DNA of 63,782 nucleotides, filler included, from Octopus bimaculoides (taxonomy: Eukaryota): NCBI RefSeq assembly GCF_001194135.2. It is 8 parts of 7 records of this genome, joined end to end, with 100 filler letters (N's around TTAATTAATTAA, not from the genome) between each part and the next. Parts side by side here need not be neighbours in the genome. Positions count along the whole stretch, not along the records: positions 62,601 to 63,782 come from NC_068986.1; 7 more parts are not named here. One strand, written 5' to 3'. Made by a program: the position numbers and the translations under genes. Shown here piece by piece: positions 63,738 to 63,782 of the stretch. Numbering within the stretch: the stretch's first letter is position 1; the number at the start of each line of letters is the position of its first letter. Below the pieces are notes generated by a model, which worked only from the letters and a program-made list of their open reading frames with translations, was not told where the DNA came from and searched no databases.

Positions 63738-63782
<45 letters not shown>

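Overview
AT-rich, gap-ridden animal genomic DNA. The repeat families and microsatellite load suggest an octopus (inference from recalled families, not a database result). One host exon is recognisable: the last coding exon of AARSD1 (5555-5678, +). The rest is mostly decayed transposable elements: RTE, CR1 and R4/Dong LINE fragments, tRNA-derived SINEs, three mariner copies, one Tc1, three maT/DD37D-like copies, a Ty3/Gypsy pol with 3' LTR, two Penelope-like (PLE) RT relics with pseudo-LTR pieces, MITEs and a 91-bp mini-Helitron. The main unexplained layer is RNA-level. Seven minimal type I hammerhead-ribozyme folds from about five sequence families can be drawn by eye. The best one (26124-26165) has a compensatory U3-A8 core, sits at the tip of a long rod-like hairpin and lies in a 361-bp terminally redundant unit, which suggests a retrozyme or circular-RNA mobile element. 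Also notable are a ~170-bp fold-back in a mariner 5' UTR and a circularly permuted recent duplication (56.3 kb to 59.3 kb). All calls were made by eye and TE boundaries are approximate.
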